Shown here one piece after another: positions 54,595 through 64,000 of a DNA stretch of 64,000 bases; position 1 is the first letter of the stretch; the number at the start of each line of letters is the position of its first letter. The notes beneath the pieces were generated by a model that was given only the letters and a program-made list of their open reading frames with translations, made no database searches and was not told the origin of the DNA. Made by a program: the position numbers and the translations under genes. Origin of the DNA: Synechococcus sp. (GTDB taxonomy: Bacteria > Cyanobacteriota > Cyanobacteriia > PCC-6307 > Cyanobiaceae). The DNA lies in NCBI GenBank assembly GCA_047285535.1, contig JBJBDC010000001.1:2592136-2656135 (forward strand), in the 5' to 3' direction.

Positions 54595-54986
54595 TCTTAG
54601 AGTTGTATGCCCGGATACAGACGTGAACTCAGCCATCAATTGACGCTTCTTGCCAATTCAGGAAAAAGTCTTAAGATGTGACGATCGACTGACGGAGCTC
54701 TTCGTGAGGTGCCGGTTTCCTGTCGATTTTTGCTCAGGTTGCACATTTGTTGCTACCAAGGTTACAGCAGAGCTGGATGTATCTCCTGTTGTCATCGGTT
54801 TCATGCCGATGACTTCCTTCCTGTGTGTTCAGTGATTTTGCAGTTTCTTGGCTGCATGATCATCCCTCCGATTCGCTGACGTCACGATGCTCTTTTAGAG
54901 CATTTCAACTTGATCGATTGCCCCTTCTCAAGTGGCATCGGTTCTTTGAAAGCCCCCTCTCACTCCCTGAACAGGGATTTTGCCCA

Positions 54987-55355
54987 ATGTCCAAAAAACG
55001 TAAGAGGATTAGTCGCCGCCGCCTCGCTGGCCAGCGTGTGTTGGCGCATGTGCCTACTCATCACCTTGAAACAGGTGAACACAAGCCAGTTACAGCTGCC
55101 CGTCGTTACATCGCTGAAGGCGTTTTAAACCCTCCGGCGCTGGTCAATGTACGCCGCAACGAACACACCACAGATCGGTTTTTTTGGGGTGAAAAAGGTT
55201 TGTTTAGTGCTCAGTACGCAGAGGAGAATCACTTTCTGTTCCCTTCCCTTCGATCCATCGTTGATCACGTTGGCGAAGAGGTCATTTTCGAAGGACTAGA
55301 TCTCGCTTCTGATGACTGGGAGGAAATGGAAGAGTACGAATACGCTTTCGTTTGA
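54987..55355 (+). CDS. DUF3155 cyanobacterial protein
   Basis: MSKKRKRISRRR...ETGEHKPVTAARRYI...RRNEHTTDRFFWGEKGLFSAQYAEEN. Confidence 0.85.
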   Translation: MSKKRKRISRRRLAGQRVLAHVPTHHLETGEHKPVTAARRYIAEGVLNPPALVNVRRNEHTTDRFFWGEKGLFSAQYAEENHFLFPSLRSIVDHVGEEVIFEGLDLASDDWEEMEEYEYAFV

Positions 55356-55391
55356 ATTGTCTTTTCTTCAATCGTCATCATTGCAAAGCTC

Positions 55392-56015
55392 TTAGGCCTG
55401 TTGTGCTGCCATCCCCAGCCATTGCCTAAGGGCTTTTTTCATAGAGACCTGAGCCTCGGCGGGGATGGTATGACCACCTTGAAAACTTTGGTAATCACAT
55501 AATTGATGCCCTTGTTCAAGCGCGTTTTTGAGTGACAAGCTGGCTGAAGCAGGCACTACATCGTCGCTCTGTCCATGCAGAAGAAGCACAGGAGGGCGAC
55601 TAACCGGTGCTTTCCAGTTGGGATGGGGGTAAGCACTGCAAGCAATTAAACCGGCCAGGGGTAAGTCACAGCCGGCGGCTATGGCCATTGCACCTCCTTG
55701 CGAAAATCCCAGCAACACCGTGGCTTCCAAGGGGATATTCACTGTCGATAGTTTCTGAATGCGCTGCTTTAACCCAGAAACGGCGGATGGAACTGCCGCC
55801 CAGTCGGCCGGGAACAGTCCATACCATTGCCTCCCCATTCCTTGGGTTTGCTGCTGAGGAGCTTGTAGGGCAACGAGCTCAAGAGATGTCCCTATCGCTG
55901 CGGCCAAGGATGTTCCGAGAGGCATTAGGTCGTTGGCATCGGCTCCCCAGCCATGAAGTAGAACAAGCCGTGCGTTTGGGTTCGGTGCGGATTGAAGGAG
56001 AAGATCGGTAGCCAT
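55392..56015 (-). CDS. Phospholipase/carboxylesterase (alpha/beta hydrolase)
   Basis: LHGWG, GFSQG, HGQSDDVV, GGHTI. Confidence 0.92.
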   Translation of the reverse strand: MATDLLLQSAPNPNARLVLLHGWGADANDLMPLGTSLAAAIGTSLELVALQAPQQQTQGMGRQWYGLFPADWAAVPSAVSGLKQRIQKLSTVNIPLEATVLLGFSQGGAMAIAAGCDLPLAGLIACSAYPHPNWKAPVSRPPVLLLHGQSDDVVPASASLSLKNALEQGHQLCDYQSFQGGHTIPAEAQVSMKKALRQWLGMAAQQA

Positions 56016-56075
56016 GGCAAGAGGTGCTGCATTGCTGCGTAGGTTGGCTCAAGCCCTGTCTTTCGTCCTGCTGCC

Positions 56076-57668
56076 ATGGCTCCAACTGCCTTGCTGAGCG
56101 TGTCCGATAAGAGGGGGGTGGTTCCTCTCGCGGAAGCTCTCAATCGGATTCATGGCTATCGGCTTTTGTCTAGTGGTGGAACGGCCAAAGTGTTGGAAGA
56201 GGCTGGCTTGCCCGTTACGAGAGTGGCCGATCACACCGGTGCTCCTGAGATTCTTGGCGGTCGAGTCAAAACCCTTCATCCTCGAATTCATGGAGGGATT
56301 TTGGCCCGACGCGGGGATCCGAGTCATGAAGCGGATCTCTTCGAGCAGCAGATTGATCTCATTGATGTGGTGGTGGTGAATCTCTATCCATTCAGGGAGA
56401 CCGTGGCAGCCCCTGATGTGAGCTGGGATACAGCGATCGAGAACATCGATATCGGTGGACCCACCATGGTCCGCTCTGCGGCTAAGAATCATGCTCACGT
56501 CGCAGTGTTGACCAGTCCTGAGCAGTACGACGGTTTCTTGGCTTCGCTCACGAAAGCTTCCGGACGTGTGGACGCAACCATGCGCCAACAGTTGGCCTTA
56601 GAGGCTTTTGCTCACACGGCTGCGTACGACGTTGCAATTAGTCGCTGGATGCAATCACATCAGGAGTTGATGCAACCTGCTGTCGAGGTCGTTCCTCCAG
56701 CAGAACCTCTGCCTTGGCTGGAAGCCTTGCCTCTTCGGCAAGAGTTACGTTACGGAGAAAACCCTCACCAAAAAGCTGCTTGGTTCAGTAGCCGAGTGGG
56801 ATGGGGTGGTGCTAACCAGCTTCAAGGGAAAGAGCTCAGCACCAACAATCTGCTTGATTTGGAAGCGGCCTTGGCCACAGTTCGCGAGTTTGGTTACGGC
56901 TCAGTGGGGCTTCATCCTGCTGAGCAATCAGCTGCAGTGGTGGTTAAGCACACCAATCCTTGTGGTGTGGCGGTTGGTGATGGCGTGGCGCAAGCTCTGA
57001 CTAGGGCTCTTGATGGAGATCGGATCAGCGCATTTGGCGGCATCGTTGCTCTCAATGGTGCGGTTGATGGCCTTGCGGCGAAGGAACTAACCAGTCTGTT
57101 CTTGGAGTGTGTTGTGGCACCGGGGTATAGCTCAGAAGCACGAGAAATCTTGGCAGTTAAAGCCAATCTCCGCCTGCTTGAGTTGGCGCCTGAGGCGATC
57201 GATGCTGCCGATAAAGATCATGTCCGCAGCATTCTTGGTGGTCTCCTTGTGCAGGATCTCGATGATCAACCGATTGATTCCTCCAGTTGGACTTTGGCCA
57301 GCAAGCGACAACCCACAGCAGCCGAACAAGCAGATCTCCGCTTTGCCTGGCAGGTCGTGCGTCACGTGCGCTCCAATGCGATTTTGGTGGCTCGTAATGG
57401 GCAGAGCCTGGGGGTTGGTGCTGGACAGATGAATAGAGTCGGATCTGCCCGAATTGCCTTAGAGGCTGCCGGGGAAAAGGCGATTGGGGCTGTGCTAGCC
57501 AGTGATGGCTTCTTTCCTTTCGATGACACTGTTCGACTTGCCGCTCGCCATGGAATTAAGGCCGTCATCCATCCTGGAGGGAGCCTGCGTGATGCTGATT
57601 CGATGAAAGCTTGTGATGAGCTTGGTTTGTCGATGGTCCTGACCGGACGCCGTCATTTTCTTCACTGA
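56076..57668 (+). CDS. purH: AICAR transformylase/IMP cyclohydrolase
   Basis: [43 protein letters not shown]. Confidence 0.97.
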   Translation: MAPTALLSVSDKRGVVPLAEALNRIHGYRLLSSGGTAKVLEEAGLPVTRVADHTGAPEILGGRVKTLHPRIHGGILARRGDPSHEADLFEQQIDLIDVVVVNLYPFRETVAAPDVSWDTAIENIDIGGPTMVRSAAKNHAHVAVLTSPEQYDGFLASLTKASGRVDATMRQQLALEAFAHTAAYDVAISRWMQSHQELMQPAVEVVPPAEPLPWLEALPLRQELRYGENPHQKAAWFSSRVGWGGANQLQGKELSTNNLLDLEAALATVREFGYGSVGLHPAEQSAAVVVKHTNPCGVAVGDGVAQALTRALDGDRISAFGGIVALNGAVDGLAAKELTSLFLECVVAPGYSSEAREILAVKANLRLLELAPEAIDAADKDHVRSILGGLLVQDLDDQPIDSSSWTLASKRQPTAAEQADLRFAWQVVRHVRSNAILVARNGQSLGVGAGQMNRVGSARIALEAAGEKAIGAVLASDGFFPFDDTVRLAARHGIKAVIHPGGSLRDADSMKACDELGLSMVLTGRRHFLH

Positions 57669-57718
57669 AAGCATGAGCTCCTAATCTCGCTTCGCCCGTC
57701 CAACCGAGTTCCTGACCT

Positions 57719-58180
57719 ATGACACTGCCAGATTTACCGTTTGCCGCGAATTTTTTGCACCCGCTGATGATGTGGGGGTTGTTGGCCGCAGGTGGCTATT
57801 CAATGTTTCTCGGAATCAAAGCCAAGAAGGTGCGGACAGGTACTCCAGAACAACGCAAGGCCTTGATCCCAGGCAAGTTTGCTCAGCGTCATTACCGCTG
57901 GGGAAGTCTGATGTTGGCCGTGATGGTTACAGGCATGATTGGAGGTATGACCGTCACTTATGTGAATAATGGCAAGTTGTTTGTCGGTCCACATTTGCTT
58001 GTGGGCTTACTGATGACGGGAATGATTGCCGTCGCTGCAGCACTGGCTCCGTTCATGCAGCAGGGCAATATCATTGCCCGAAAAGTCCATGTTGGCCTCA
58101 ATATGGGAATGCTGACCTTATTCCTTTGGCAGGCAGTTAGCGGCATGGAAATCTTGAACAAGATTTGGGTGAATCGCTGA
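57719..58180 (+). CDS. DUF4079 membrane protein
   Basis: HPLMMW, HYRWG, GPHL, HVGLN; four TM helices. Confidence 0.78.
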   Translation: MTLPDLPFAANFLHPLMMWGLLAAGGYSMFLGIKAKKVRTGTPEQRKALIPGKFAQRHYRWGSLMLAVMVTGMIGGMTVTYVNNGKLFVGPHLLVGLLMTGMIAVAAALAPFMQQGNIIARKVHVGLNMGMLTLFLWQAVSGMEILNKIWVNR

Positions 58181-58186
58181 TCTCGA

Positions 58187-58813
58187 TCAAAAGGCTGCCC
58201 GCCTTTTGGGCGGGCAGATTAAACCGTGACTCGCATGAAAATCTTCCTGTACTTTCCAAGTCAGACGTCTTGAAATTTGACGCACGATCTGACGCAGTAG
58301 ATGGTCGCCGCTGGATTGAACTAACCCGTTGGGAAGCAACGTAATCATTTTGGGTAAGTGAATCCAAACCGCAAGATCTAGATTCCAGCTCACAGCAGTG
58401 AGAATCTCACCAGACTCGTCTGAGTCGTTGTTCTCAAGGTTCAGGTTGGCTTGGAACTCAACGTCATAGAGATCAGTCAAGGCTGAGTCAACCGTTTTCA
58501 GTGGAACCGTTGAGATTGCATAGTTCCCTTGGTTCTGGGGCAGGAGGCGCAAGCCGATCGTAGGTTCCACTTCAAAGCCAAAGTTGCCAAACCGACCAAG
58601 CGTGAGGGCATAGGCCTGAGTGTCAATAGGCGTGACGTCCATAGGGGCAGCGCAGCGGCGAAACCAGCCTTCGTGACGATCGAGATAAGAACCCACGGTT
58701 TGAAGGTCAGCGCGCATCTCCATGCGATCGCGAAACTGACTGCGATAGCAGCGAACTCGAAGGTTGTCGCTACAGCGCAAGGAGTCAGTTGAGGGTCTCG
58801 TTAAGAGCAGCAC
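58187..58813 (-). CDS. DUF1997 protein
   Basis: WFRRCAAPM, GFEVEP, VQEDFH; start uncertain. Confidence 0.75.
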   Translation of the reverse strand: MLLLTRPSTDSLRCSDNLRVRCYRSQFRDRMEMRADLQTVGSYLDRHEGWFRRCAAPMDVTPIDTQAYALTLGRFGNFGFEVEPTIGLRLLPQNQGNYAISTVPLKTVDSALTDLYDVEFQANLNLENNDSDESGEILTAVSWNLDLAVWIHLPKMITLLPNGLVQSSGDHLLRQIVRQISRRLTWKVQEDFHASHGLICPPKRRAAF

Positions 58814-58873
58814 GTTTGCAGGTCTCCGGTTGGAGAGATCTCCAGGGTTAATTAATGTAAAGGAGGTAGGTCT

Positions 58874-60070
58874 TTAATTTTCGCTCAGGGCAATCAGTTT
58901 TTTGATGACATGCTCCACAACCCTGTCAGGGGTTGAGGCTCCGGAGGTGATTCCAACGGTCACTGGGCCATTGGGAAGGAAGAAATCTTCGGTTATGAGT
59001 TGCTCCCCAAGAGGCTTGTGCTCAATGGAGTTGTTGGGGTGGATGCGTTCTGGTGTGTCGATATGGAAGGAACGGATTCCACGGTTGATGGCAATTTCTT
59101 GTAAGTGTGTTGTGTTTGAGGAGTTGTACCCTCCGATCACCACCATGAGGTCAACAGGTTCGTCAACGAGCGAAAACATGGCATCTTGACGTTCCTGGGT
59201 GGCATCACAGATGGTGTTGAACGCTGCAAAATGCTCATTCAGTTCGGCGGGTCCGTATTTACTGAGCATGGTGCGCTCGAACAGTCGGCCAATTTCCTCC
59301 GTTTCCCTTTTAAGCATGGTGGTTTGATTGGCCACCCCTAGATGCTCGAGGTCACGATCTGGATCAAACCCTGGTGAGGACGCATTGGAGAAGCGATCCA
59401 TGAATGATTCTCGATTCCCTTTCCCGAGGATGTATTCAGAAACGAGTCGGGCTTCATCAAGGTCAAGAACGACCAGGTACCTGCCTGCGAATGAACTCGT
59501 GGCAAGGGTCTCTTCGTGTTGAACCTTGCCGTGAATGATGGATGTGAACTCTTGTTTTTTGTGTTTTTCAACCGTGGTCCACACCTTGGAGACCCATGGG
59601 CAAGTCGTGTCAACAATGTGACACCCACGCTCATTGAGAAGTTGCATCTCCTGAACTGTGGCACCAAAGGCAGGAAGAATCACAACATCGCCATTCGCAA
59701 CTCTAGAGAAGTCTTTAACGCCATCATCTACAGGGATGAACAGCACATTCATCTCACGCAGGTGATCGTTCACCGAGGGATTATGGATAATTTCGTTGGT
59801 GATCCAGATTCGTTCTTGCGGGTAGTGGCGTCGCGTTTCGTAGGCCATGGCTACAGCCCTTTCCACTCCCCAGCAGAATCCAAATGCTTCAGCAAGGCGT
59901 ACTTGTAGGCGCCCATTGGTTAGTCGATATCCGTTGTCTCGGATTGAGCCAATCAGGCTGCTTTGATAGGCCTGTTCCAAGCTGCCAGCGACTTCTTCAG
60001 CTCGACCGAAGCCGCGTCGGTTGTAGCGATCGGAGTGATGGAGCGATCGTTTGAAGGCGTGAGTATCCAT
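58874..60070 (-). CDS. ispH: 4-hydroxy-3-methylbut-2-enyl diphosphate reductase
   Basis: [39 protein letters not shown]. Confidence 0.97.
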   Translation of the reverse strand: MDTHAFKRSLHHSDRYNRRGFGRAEEVAGSLEQAYQSSLIGSIRDNGYRLTNGRLQVRLAEAFGFCWGVERAVAMAYETRRHYPQERIWITNEIIHNPSVNDHLREMNVLFIPVDDGVKDFSRVANGDVVILPAFGATVQEMQLLNERGCHIVDTTCPWVSKVWTTVEKHKKQEFTSIIHGKVQHEETLATSSFAGRYLVVLDLDEARLVSEYILGKGNRESFMDRFSNASSPGFDPDRDLEHLGVANQTTMLKRETEEIGRLFERTMLSKYGPAELNEHFAAFNTICDATQERQDAMFSLVDEPVDLMVVIGGYNSSNTTHLQEIAINRGIRSFHIDTPERIHPNNSIEHKPLGEQLITEDFFLPNGPVTVGITSGASTPDRVVEHVIKKLIALSEN

Positions 60071-60135
60071 CTCTGTATCGGCAGTCGATTGACTCTATGA
60101 GCTGTCTGGCACTAGCGACTGATTACGAATGCCAA

Positions 60136-60166
60136 TAAAAAACCCTGTCCCATGCCGGGACAGGGT
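60136..60166 (-). terminator. Intrinsic terminator downstream of amt1
   Basis: Perfect 10-bp stem ACCCTGTCCC/GGGACAGGGT, 5-nt loop, U-tract on minus strand. Confidence 0.9.
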
Positions 60167-60199
60167 GGTTAGAAGCCAAATGTTGTTGAGTGAACTGGC

Positions 60200-61663
60200 T
60201 TAACTGCCTGATGAAACGAAGTCTGGATAAGCCTCCATTCCATGTTCACCAATATCAAGGCCTTCAATTTCCTCCTTCTCGGTCACTCGGATGCCTCCGA
60301 ATAGCCCCCCAATAACAGACCAGGCAATCCAGCAAGTCACGATTGTCCAGATGGCATAGGCAGCGCAGCCCAAGGCTTGGATGCCGAGCTGGCTGATGCC
60401 ACCTCCTACGAACAAGCCGAGTGGGGAACCATCACCCTGGATGTCAAAACCCCAAAGACCAACAACCAAGGTTCCCCAGACACCACAAACACCATGAACG
60501 GAGAAGGCTCCTACGGGATCATCGATGCCGGCTGAATCAAGAGCTGATACCGCGAATACGACAATGATTCCTCCAATAAGACCAGCAATCCAAGAGCCCA
60601 CAAAGGTGAGGTTTCCGCAACCTGCCGTAATGCTGACCAGGCCGGCAAGGATGCCGTTGATGATCATGGTCAAGTCAGGTTTCCCTGATGTCATGGTTGA
60701 GATGACAGTGGCACCGATTGCACCACCAGCAGCAGCCAAGGTTGTGGTGACAGCGACGTAAGGCACCCATTGATCCATAGCGAGCTGAGATCCTGGGTTG
60801 AATCCATACCAGCCAATCCAAAGGATCAGTGCACCAAGAGTGGCGATAGCCATGTTGTGGCCAGGTATAGCTTGGGGTTTGCCATCGATGAATTTGCCAA
60901 TTCTTGGGCCAAGAAGCATGGCTCCAACCAGTCCGGCCCACGCGCCAACCGAGTGAACGATTGAAGATCCAGCGAAGTCGACAAAACCCATTTCGCTAAG
61001 CCAACCTCCATTCCATTGCCAAGCTCCTGCGATTGGATAGATCACAGCGGTGAGAACTAAAGCAAAAACAACAAACTCACCAAATTTCACGCGTTCAGCG
61101 ACCAAGCCGGACACGATCGTCGCCGCTGTTCCAGCAAAAGCAGCTTGGAACAAAAAGTCGACACTCGGCACGAGGCCTGCTTCTGAGATGAGCTCAGGGG
61201 TCACTGCCGGATCAAAAAAGAGACCGTTGAAATAGAGCCAGCCAGCAGCGATGGCATTGCCATACATCAACGAGTAACCGACAAACCAGTACGCCGTGAC
61301 TGCGAGTGCAAACACGAACAGGTTCTTGGCCAGGATATTGACAGCGTTCTTTTGGCGACACATGCCTGCCTCAACCATGGCGAACCCGGCGTTCATGAAG
61401 ATCACCAGGATCGTGGCTACGAGTAGCCATAGGTTGTTAGCCAGAAAAGCTGCATTCAGTTCGGGCATCTCTGCGGCATGAGCCGAGAGGTTGAAAAGCC
61501 CTAGGCCAAAAAGGGCTAGTGGAACGCAGCCCAACCACAGAAGCGAGCGGTTTGTTTTAAAGCCACGGATGCTTTGGAGTAGGAGCATCGGCCCATCCAG
61601 GAGACTCGCGTTTTGGAGCCGCGATTTGCGTCGCCAGTGGGGCGACTCGTGAGCAGTTGTCAT
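60200..61663 (-). CDS. amt1: Ammonium transporter
   Basis: FMNAGFAMVEAG, DFAGSSIVH, GWYGFNPGS, DDPVGAFSVHG, GLDIGEHG. Confidence 0.97.
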   Translation of the reverse strand: MTTAHESPHWRRKSRLQNASLLDGPMLLLQSIRGFKTNRSLLWLGCVPLALFGLGLFNLSAHAAEMPELNAAFLANNLWLLVATILVIFMNAGFAMVEAGMCRQKNAVNILAKNLFVFALAVTAYWFVGYSLMYGNAIAAGWLYFNGLFFDPAVTPELISEAGLVPSVDFLFQAAFAGTAATIVSGLVAERVKFGEFVVFALVLTAVIYPIAGAWQWNGGWLSEMGFVDFAGSSIVHSVGAWAGLVGAMLLGPRIGKFIDGKPQAIPGHNMAIATLGALILWIGWYGFNPGSQLAMDQWVPYVAVTTTLAAAGGAIGATVISTMTSGKPDLTMIINGILAGLVSITAGCGNLTFVGSWIAGLIGGIIVVFAVSALDSAGIDDPVGAFSVHGVCGVWGTLVVGLWGFDIQGDGSPLGLFVGGGISQLGIQALGCAAYAIWTIVTCWIAWSVIGGLFGGIRVTEKEEIEGLDIGEHGMEAYPDFVSSGS

Positions 61664-61747
61664 GGAAAAAAGCAAGACTGCAAGTTTTTGTGGACTGATC
61701 AGTCCATTTGCGCCTCCTAAAACTGCTCGCTAGAGAACATTCGTCAA

Positions 61748-61761
61748 GTGGCTGTTGATAC
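61748..61761 (-). promoter_or_regulatory. Putative NtcA site upstream of amt1
   Basis: Minus strand GTA-TCAACAGC-CAC (one mismatch to GTA-N8-TAC), about 85 nt before the ATG. Confidence 0.5.
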
Positions 61762-61785
61762 CAAATTCTTGATTGATGGTGATTT

Positions 61786-62547
61786 CTAGTCTTTGGGTTG
61801 GCATGACAAAACTGGCCTGAGGCCGACCCAAGTGATCTGGTCGACGTCAAACTGGAAACAGCAAGGCAGCACTTCAACGCCCGCTGCCATGGCCTGTCTG
61901 AACAGATCCCCGTAGCGAGGATCTGCACTGTCTCCGGGCGCGAAGGCGATGACATCCGGACGGCTCAGGCAGGGAACCAACACACCTCGTGCCTCAGGAG
62001 GGAGTGCCGTCAGTTCCTCCAGGTGTTTTTGCCCCCGTTCCGTGACGGTGTCCGGGAAGAGTGCAATGTCGCCGTGACTCCAGGTGGTGTTTTTGACTTC
62101 GACGTAGATGGGGCGTTGATCGTCTGCGCTGTCCTCTGGGGTAAGCAATAAGTCAATGCGACTTCTGCGATTGAGGCCATAGGCCACTTCGGCGCGGATT
62201 GTCTTGATTGGGCCGAGCTGGTCTTTGAGTTCACCGGCTTCAATCAGGGCCCGAATCAGTTTGTTCGGCAAAGCCGTATTGATTCCAGCCCAGCAGAGTG
62301 TTCCGTCGCTGCTTGGGATCTCAGCTTGCTCCCAAGTCCAGGCCAGCTTGCGTTTCGGGGAGGGGGCATGGCGCACTCTCACCCTCCCACCGGGATGGAG
62401 CACTCCTTTCATTGGTCCGGTGTTGGCGCAGTGGACGGTAACAATCTGGCCATCGGTGAGTTCCACATCAGCCAGAAACCGTTTGTAGCGCTTAAGGAGC
62501 ACTCCTTCAGTGAGTGCAGGAAATTGAAGGAGTGACGTGCCGGTCAT
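61786..62547 (-). CDS. sfsA: Sugar fermentation stimulation protein / DNA-RNA nuclease
   Basis: RYKRFLADV, HCANTGPM, SRIDLLL, VEVK, FPDTVTERGQKHL. Confidence 0.94.
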   Translation of the reverse strand: MTGTSLLQFPALTEGVLLKRYKRFLADVELTDGQIVTVHCANTGPMKGVLHPGGRVRVRHAPSPKRKLAWTWEQAEIPSSDGTLCWAGINTALPNKLIRALIEAGELKDQLGPIKTIRAEVAYGLNRRSRIDLLLTPEDSADDQRPIYVEVKNTTWSHGDIALFPDTVTERGQKHLEELTALPPEARGVLVPCLSRPDVIAFAPGDSADPRYGDLFRQAMAAGVEVLPCCFQFDVDQITWVGLRPVLSCQPKD

Positions 62548-62627
62548 GGGTGCTGGCTGATTCAAGCCAAGGTGGCCTGGCAAAGGGTTGAGAATGCTCG
62601 CTCAACGGAGCTGAACAAAGAAGACGA

Positions 62628-64000
62628 ATGGCCAAGCCTCTGAAGCGCATTGCTCTGGTCGTGACCTACGGCACTTTGCTGAGCAAACTCGGAGGCTTAG
62701 TGCGTCAGTTGGTGATTGCAGCAGCCTTCGGGGTGGGTGCTGCTTACGACGCTTACAACTACGCCTATGTGCTCCCAGGATTTCTTCTGATCCTCTTGGG
62801 AGGGATCAATGGGCCTTTCCATAGCGCCATGGTCAGCGTGCTGAGTCGTCGGCCTCGCTCAGAAGGTGCACATATTTTAGCGACCCTAAACACCATGGTA
62901 AGCGCACTACTTCTCGTGGTGACCCTCGTTCTGGTCGTGGCGGCTGATCCATTGATCACGCTTGTTGGCCCTGGTCTGAGTCCGGAATTGCACCGCATCG
63001 CAGCGTTGCAGCTGCAGGTGATGGCTCCAATGGCTTTGTTGGCTGGTTTGATCGGACTTGGTTTTGGATCCCTCAACGCTGCTGATGAGTTCTGGATCCC
63101 TGCGATTTCTCCGTTGATGTCCAGTCTGGCGCTGATCGTGGGGATCGGTCTGCTTTGGGTTCAAGTGGGCTCTGCGATTGAGACTCCCGCTCTTGCGCTT
63201 TGGGGAGGAGTGGTCTTGGCCCTTTCCACCCTGGTGGGTGCTCTTCTGCAATGGATTTTGCAATTGCCTGCCTTAATGCGCCAGGGATTGGTGCAGCTTC
63301 GACTCTCCTGGGATTGGCGGCATCCCGGTGTTCGGGAGGTTTGGCAGGTGATGGGTCCGGCAACTCTGTCGTCCGGCATGCTGCAGATCAATGTGTTTAC
63401 CGATCTGTTTTTTGCGTCGGGTTTGCTTGGAGCAGCGGCTGGTCTTGGCTATGCCAACTTGTTGGTGCAGACGCCGTTGGGATTGATTTCCAACGCCTTG
63501 TTGGTGCCCCTGCTGCCTACCTTCTCTCGCCTGACGGCACCGCAGGATCGACAGGAGCTGGTGGCCCGAATTCGTCAGGGCTTGATGTTGTCCACGGCGT
63601 CGATGCTTCCCCTTGGCGCCTTGTTCCTGGCCCTTGCGACTCCAATTGTGGCTTTGGTGTATGAGCGAGGGGCTTTTGATGAAGGGGCCGTTCAACTCGT
63701 TACGGGATTGTTGATGGCTTACGGAATAGGGATGCCCGCCTATCTCGGTCGGGATGTTTTGGTGCGTGTGTTTTACGCCTTGGGCGATGGCACAACACCC
63801 TTTCGTTTATCGATGATTGGAATTGGCCTCAATGTTGTTTTCGACTGGGCTCTTGTGGGTGGTCCTACTCCTTGGGGGGCGCAACTTCCCTTTAGTTTTG
63901 GTGCGGCTGGGTTGGTGCTAGCCACAGTGTTGATCAATGTGCTGACCTGCTTTGCCCTTCTGGTGGCCCTTCAGCATCGTCTGCAGGTTCTGCCCTTACA
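62628..64000 (+). CDS. murJ: Lipid II flippase MurJ (runs off the window)
   Basis: Hand translation MAKPLKRIALVVTYGTLLSKLGGLVRQLVIAAAFGVGAAYDAYNYAY...YERGAF...RVFYALGD. Confidence 0.94.
   Translation, partial: MAKPLKRIALVVTYGTLLSKLGGLVRQLVIAAAFGVGAAYDAYNYAYVLPGFLLILLGGINGPFHSAMVSVLSRRPRSEGAHILATLNTMVSALLLVVTLVLVVAADPLITLVGPGLSPELHRIAALQLQVMAPMALLAGLIGLGFGSLNAADEFWIPAISPLMSSLALIVGIGLLWVQVGSAIETPALALWGGVVLALSTLVGALLQWILQLPALMRQGLVQLRLSWDWRHPGVREVWQVMGPATLSSGMLQINVFTDLFFASGLLGAAAGLGYANLLVQTPLGLISNALLVPLLPTFSRLTAPQDRQELVARIRQGLMLSTASMLPLGALFLALATPIVALVYERGAFDEGAVQLVTGLLMAYGIGMPAYLGRDVLVRVFYALGDGTTPFRLSMIGIGLNVVFDWALVGGPTPWGAQLPFSFGAAGLVLATVLINVLTCFALLVALQHRLQVLPL

Noticed and set aside
1..64000. 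CRISPR arrays, IS elements, prophage genes, HIP1 enrichment, and the many short antisense ORFs in the track
   Set aside because: No repeat-spacer pattern, transposase or integrase seen by eye; GCGATCGC is only sporadic; short ORFs overlap well-supported genes and look like shadows

Overview
Core-genome stretch of a marine picocyanobacterium (Synechococcus-like, inferred from protein sequences and gene order). It runs from a sugar-nucleotide/LPS cluster (galE, gmd, fcl, rfbBDCA) through hisS, ugd, psbEFLJ-ycf48-rubA, ndhCKJ, mlaF/mlaD, chlD, folK-NUDIX-CPD photolyase, a two-gene split photolyase, fabI-bestrophin-hisB and a carotenoid oxygenase. An AT-rich accessory region at about 29.96-39.37 kb follows. 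It holds an orphan sensor kinase, a stand-alone receiver protein, decayed coding DNA, SIMPL and MFS genes, and a BCCT transporter pseudogene broken in two by a cassette of micro-ORFs. The rest is rdgB, a phosphomannomutase, a TM0106 nuclease, ygfZ, pyrE, tRNA-Ile2(CAT), a phosphorylase-kinase-like GH15 protein, psbK, tgt, cobS, hik2, purH, ispH, amt1, sfsA and partial murJ. I found no CRISPR array, integrase or transposase. I cannot demonstrate a new system from sequence alone; the best leads are the accessory region, the inserted bestrophin channel and the split photolyase. All product calls come from motif recognition, not database searches.
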